Below are positions 63,983 to 64,000 of a stretch of 64,000 nt of DNA, piece by piece. The position numbers and the translations under genes were made by a program. The stretch comes from Eledone cirrhosa (taxonomy: Eukaryota). The stretch lies in contig OZ024742.1 in assembly GCA_964016885.1 (NCBI GenBank), positions 301,692,001-301,756,000 of the forward strand, in the 5' to 3' direction. The notes below the pieces were generated by a model. The model did no database searches and was not told the origin of the DNA. It was given only the letters and a program-made list of their open reading frames with translations. The stretch's first letter is position 1; each line of letters opens with the position of its first letter.

Positions 63983-64000
63983 TTAATAATGATTTCTACT

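Overview
AT-rich, repeat-dense eukaryotic (animal) DNA; the SINE/RTE-LINE/microsatellite landscape looks like a coleoid cephalopod (octopus-like), which is an inference only. Two spliced genes converge tail-to-tail. (1) On +, an ATG4C/D-group autophagy cysteine protease: 9 coding exons from before base 1 to TGA 51617-51619, with a very long Ser/Thr-rich N-terminal exon, a 32.3-kb first visible intron, the catalytic Cys (GWGC) and Asp/His (DPH), and a C-terminal LIR. (2) On -, the last 7 coding exons of ALG6 (alpha-1,3-glucosyltransferase), stop at 56022. Introns hold a young CR1-type LINE, a young 5'-truncated RTE LINE with a PHD-type finger, many RTE 3' relics, tRNA-derived SINEs, hAT- and piggyBac-like MITEs, a non-autonomous Helitron, and 32-bp and 37-bp satellites. 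Most notable: the CR1 ORF1 ends in G_GGA_AAC_TAA and ORF2 lies in the -1 frame with no AUG before its endonuclease motifs (candidate programmed -1 frameshift); the ATG4C/D-ALG6 linkage mirrors human 1p31; and a DEVD|G caspase motif sits in a different place than in mammalian ATG4D. No CRISPR or prokaryotic system is present.
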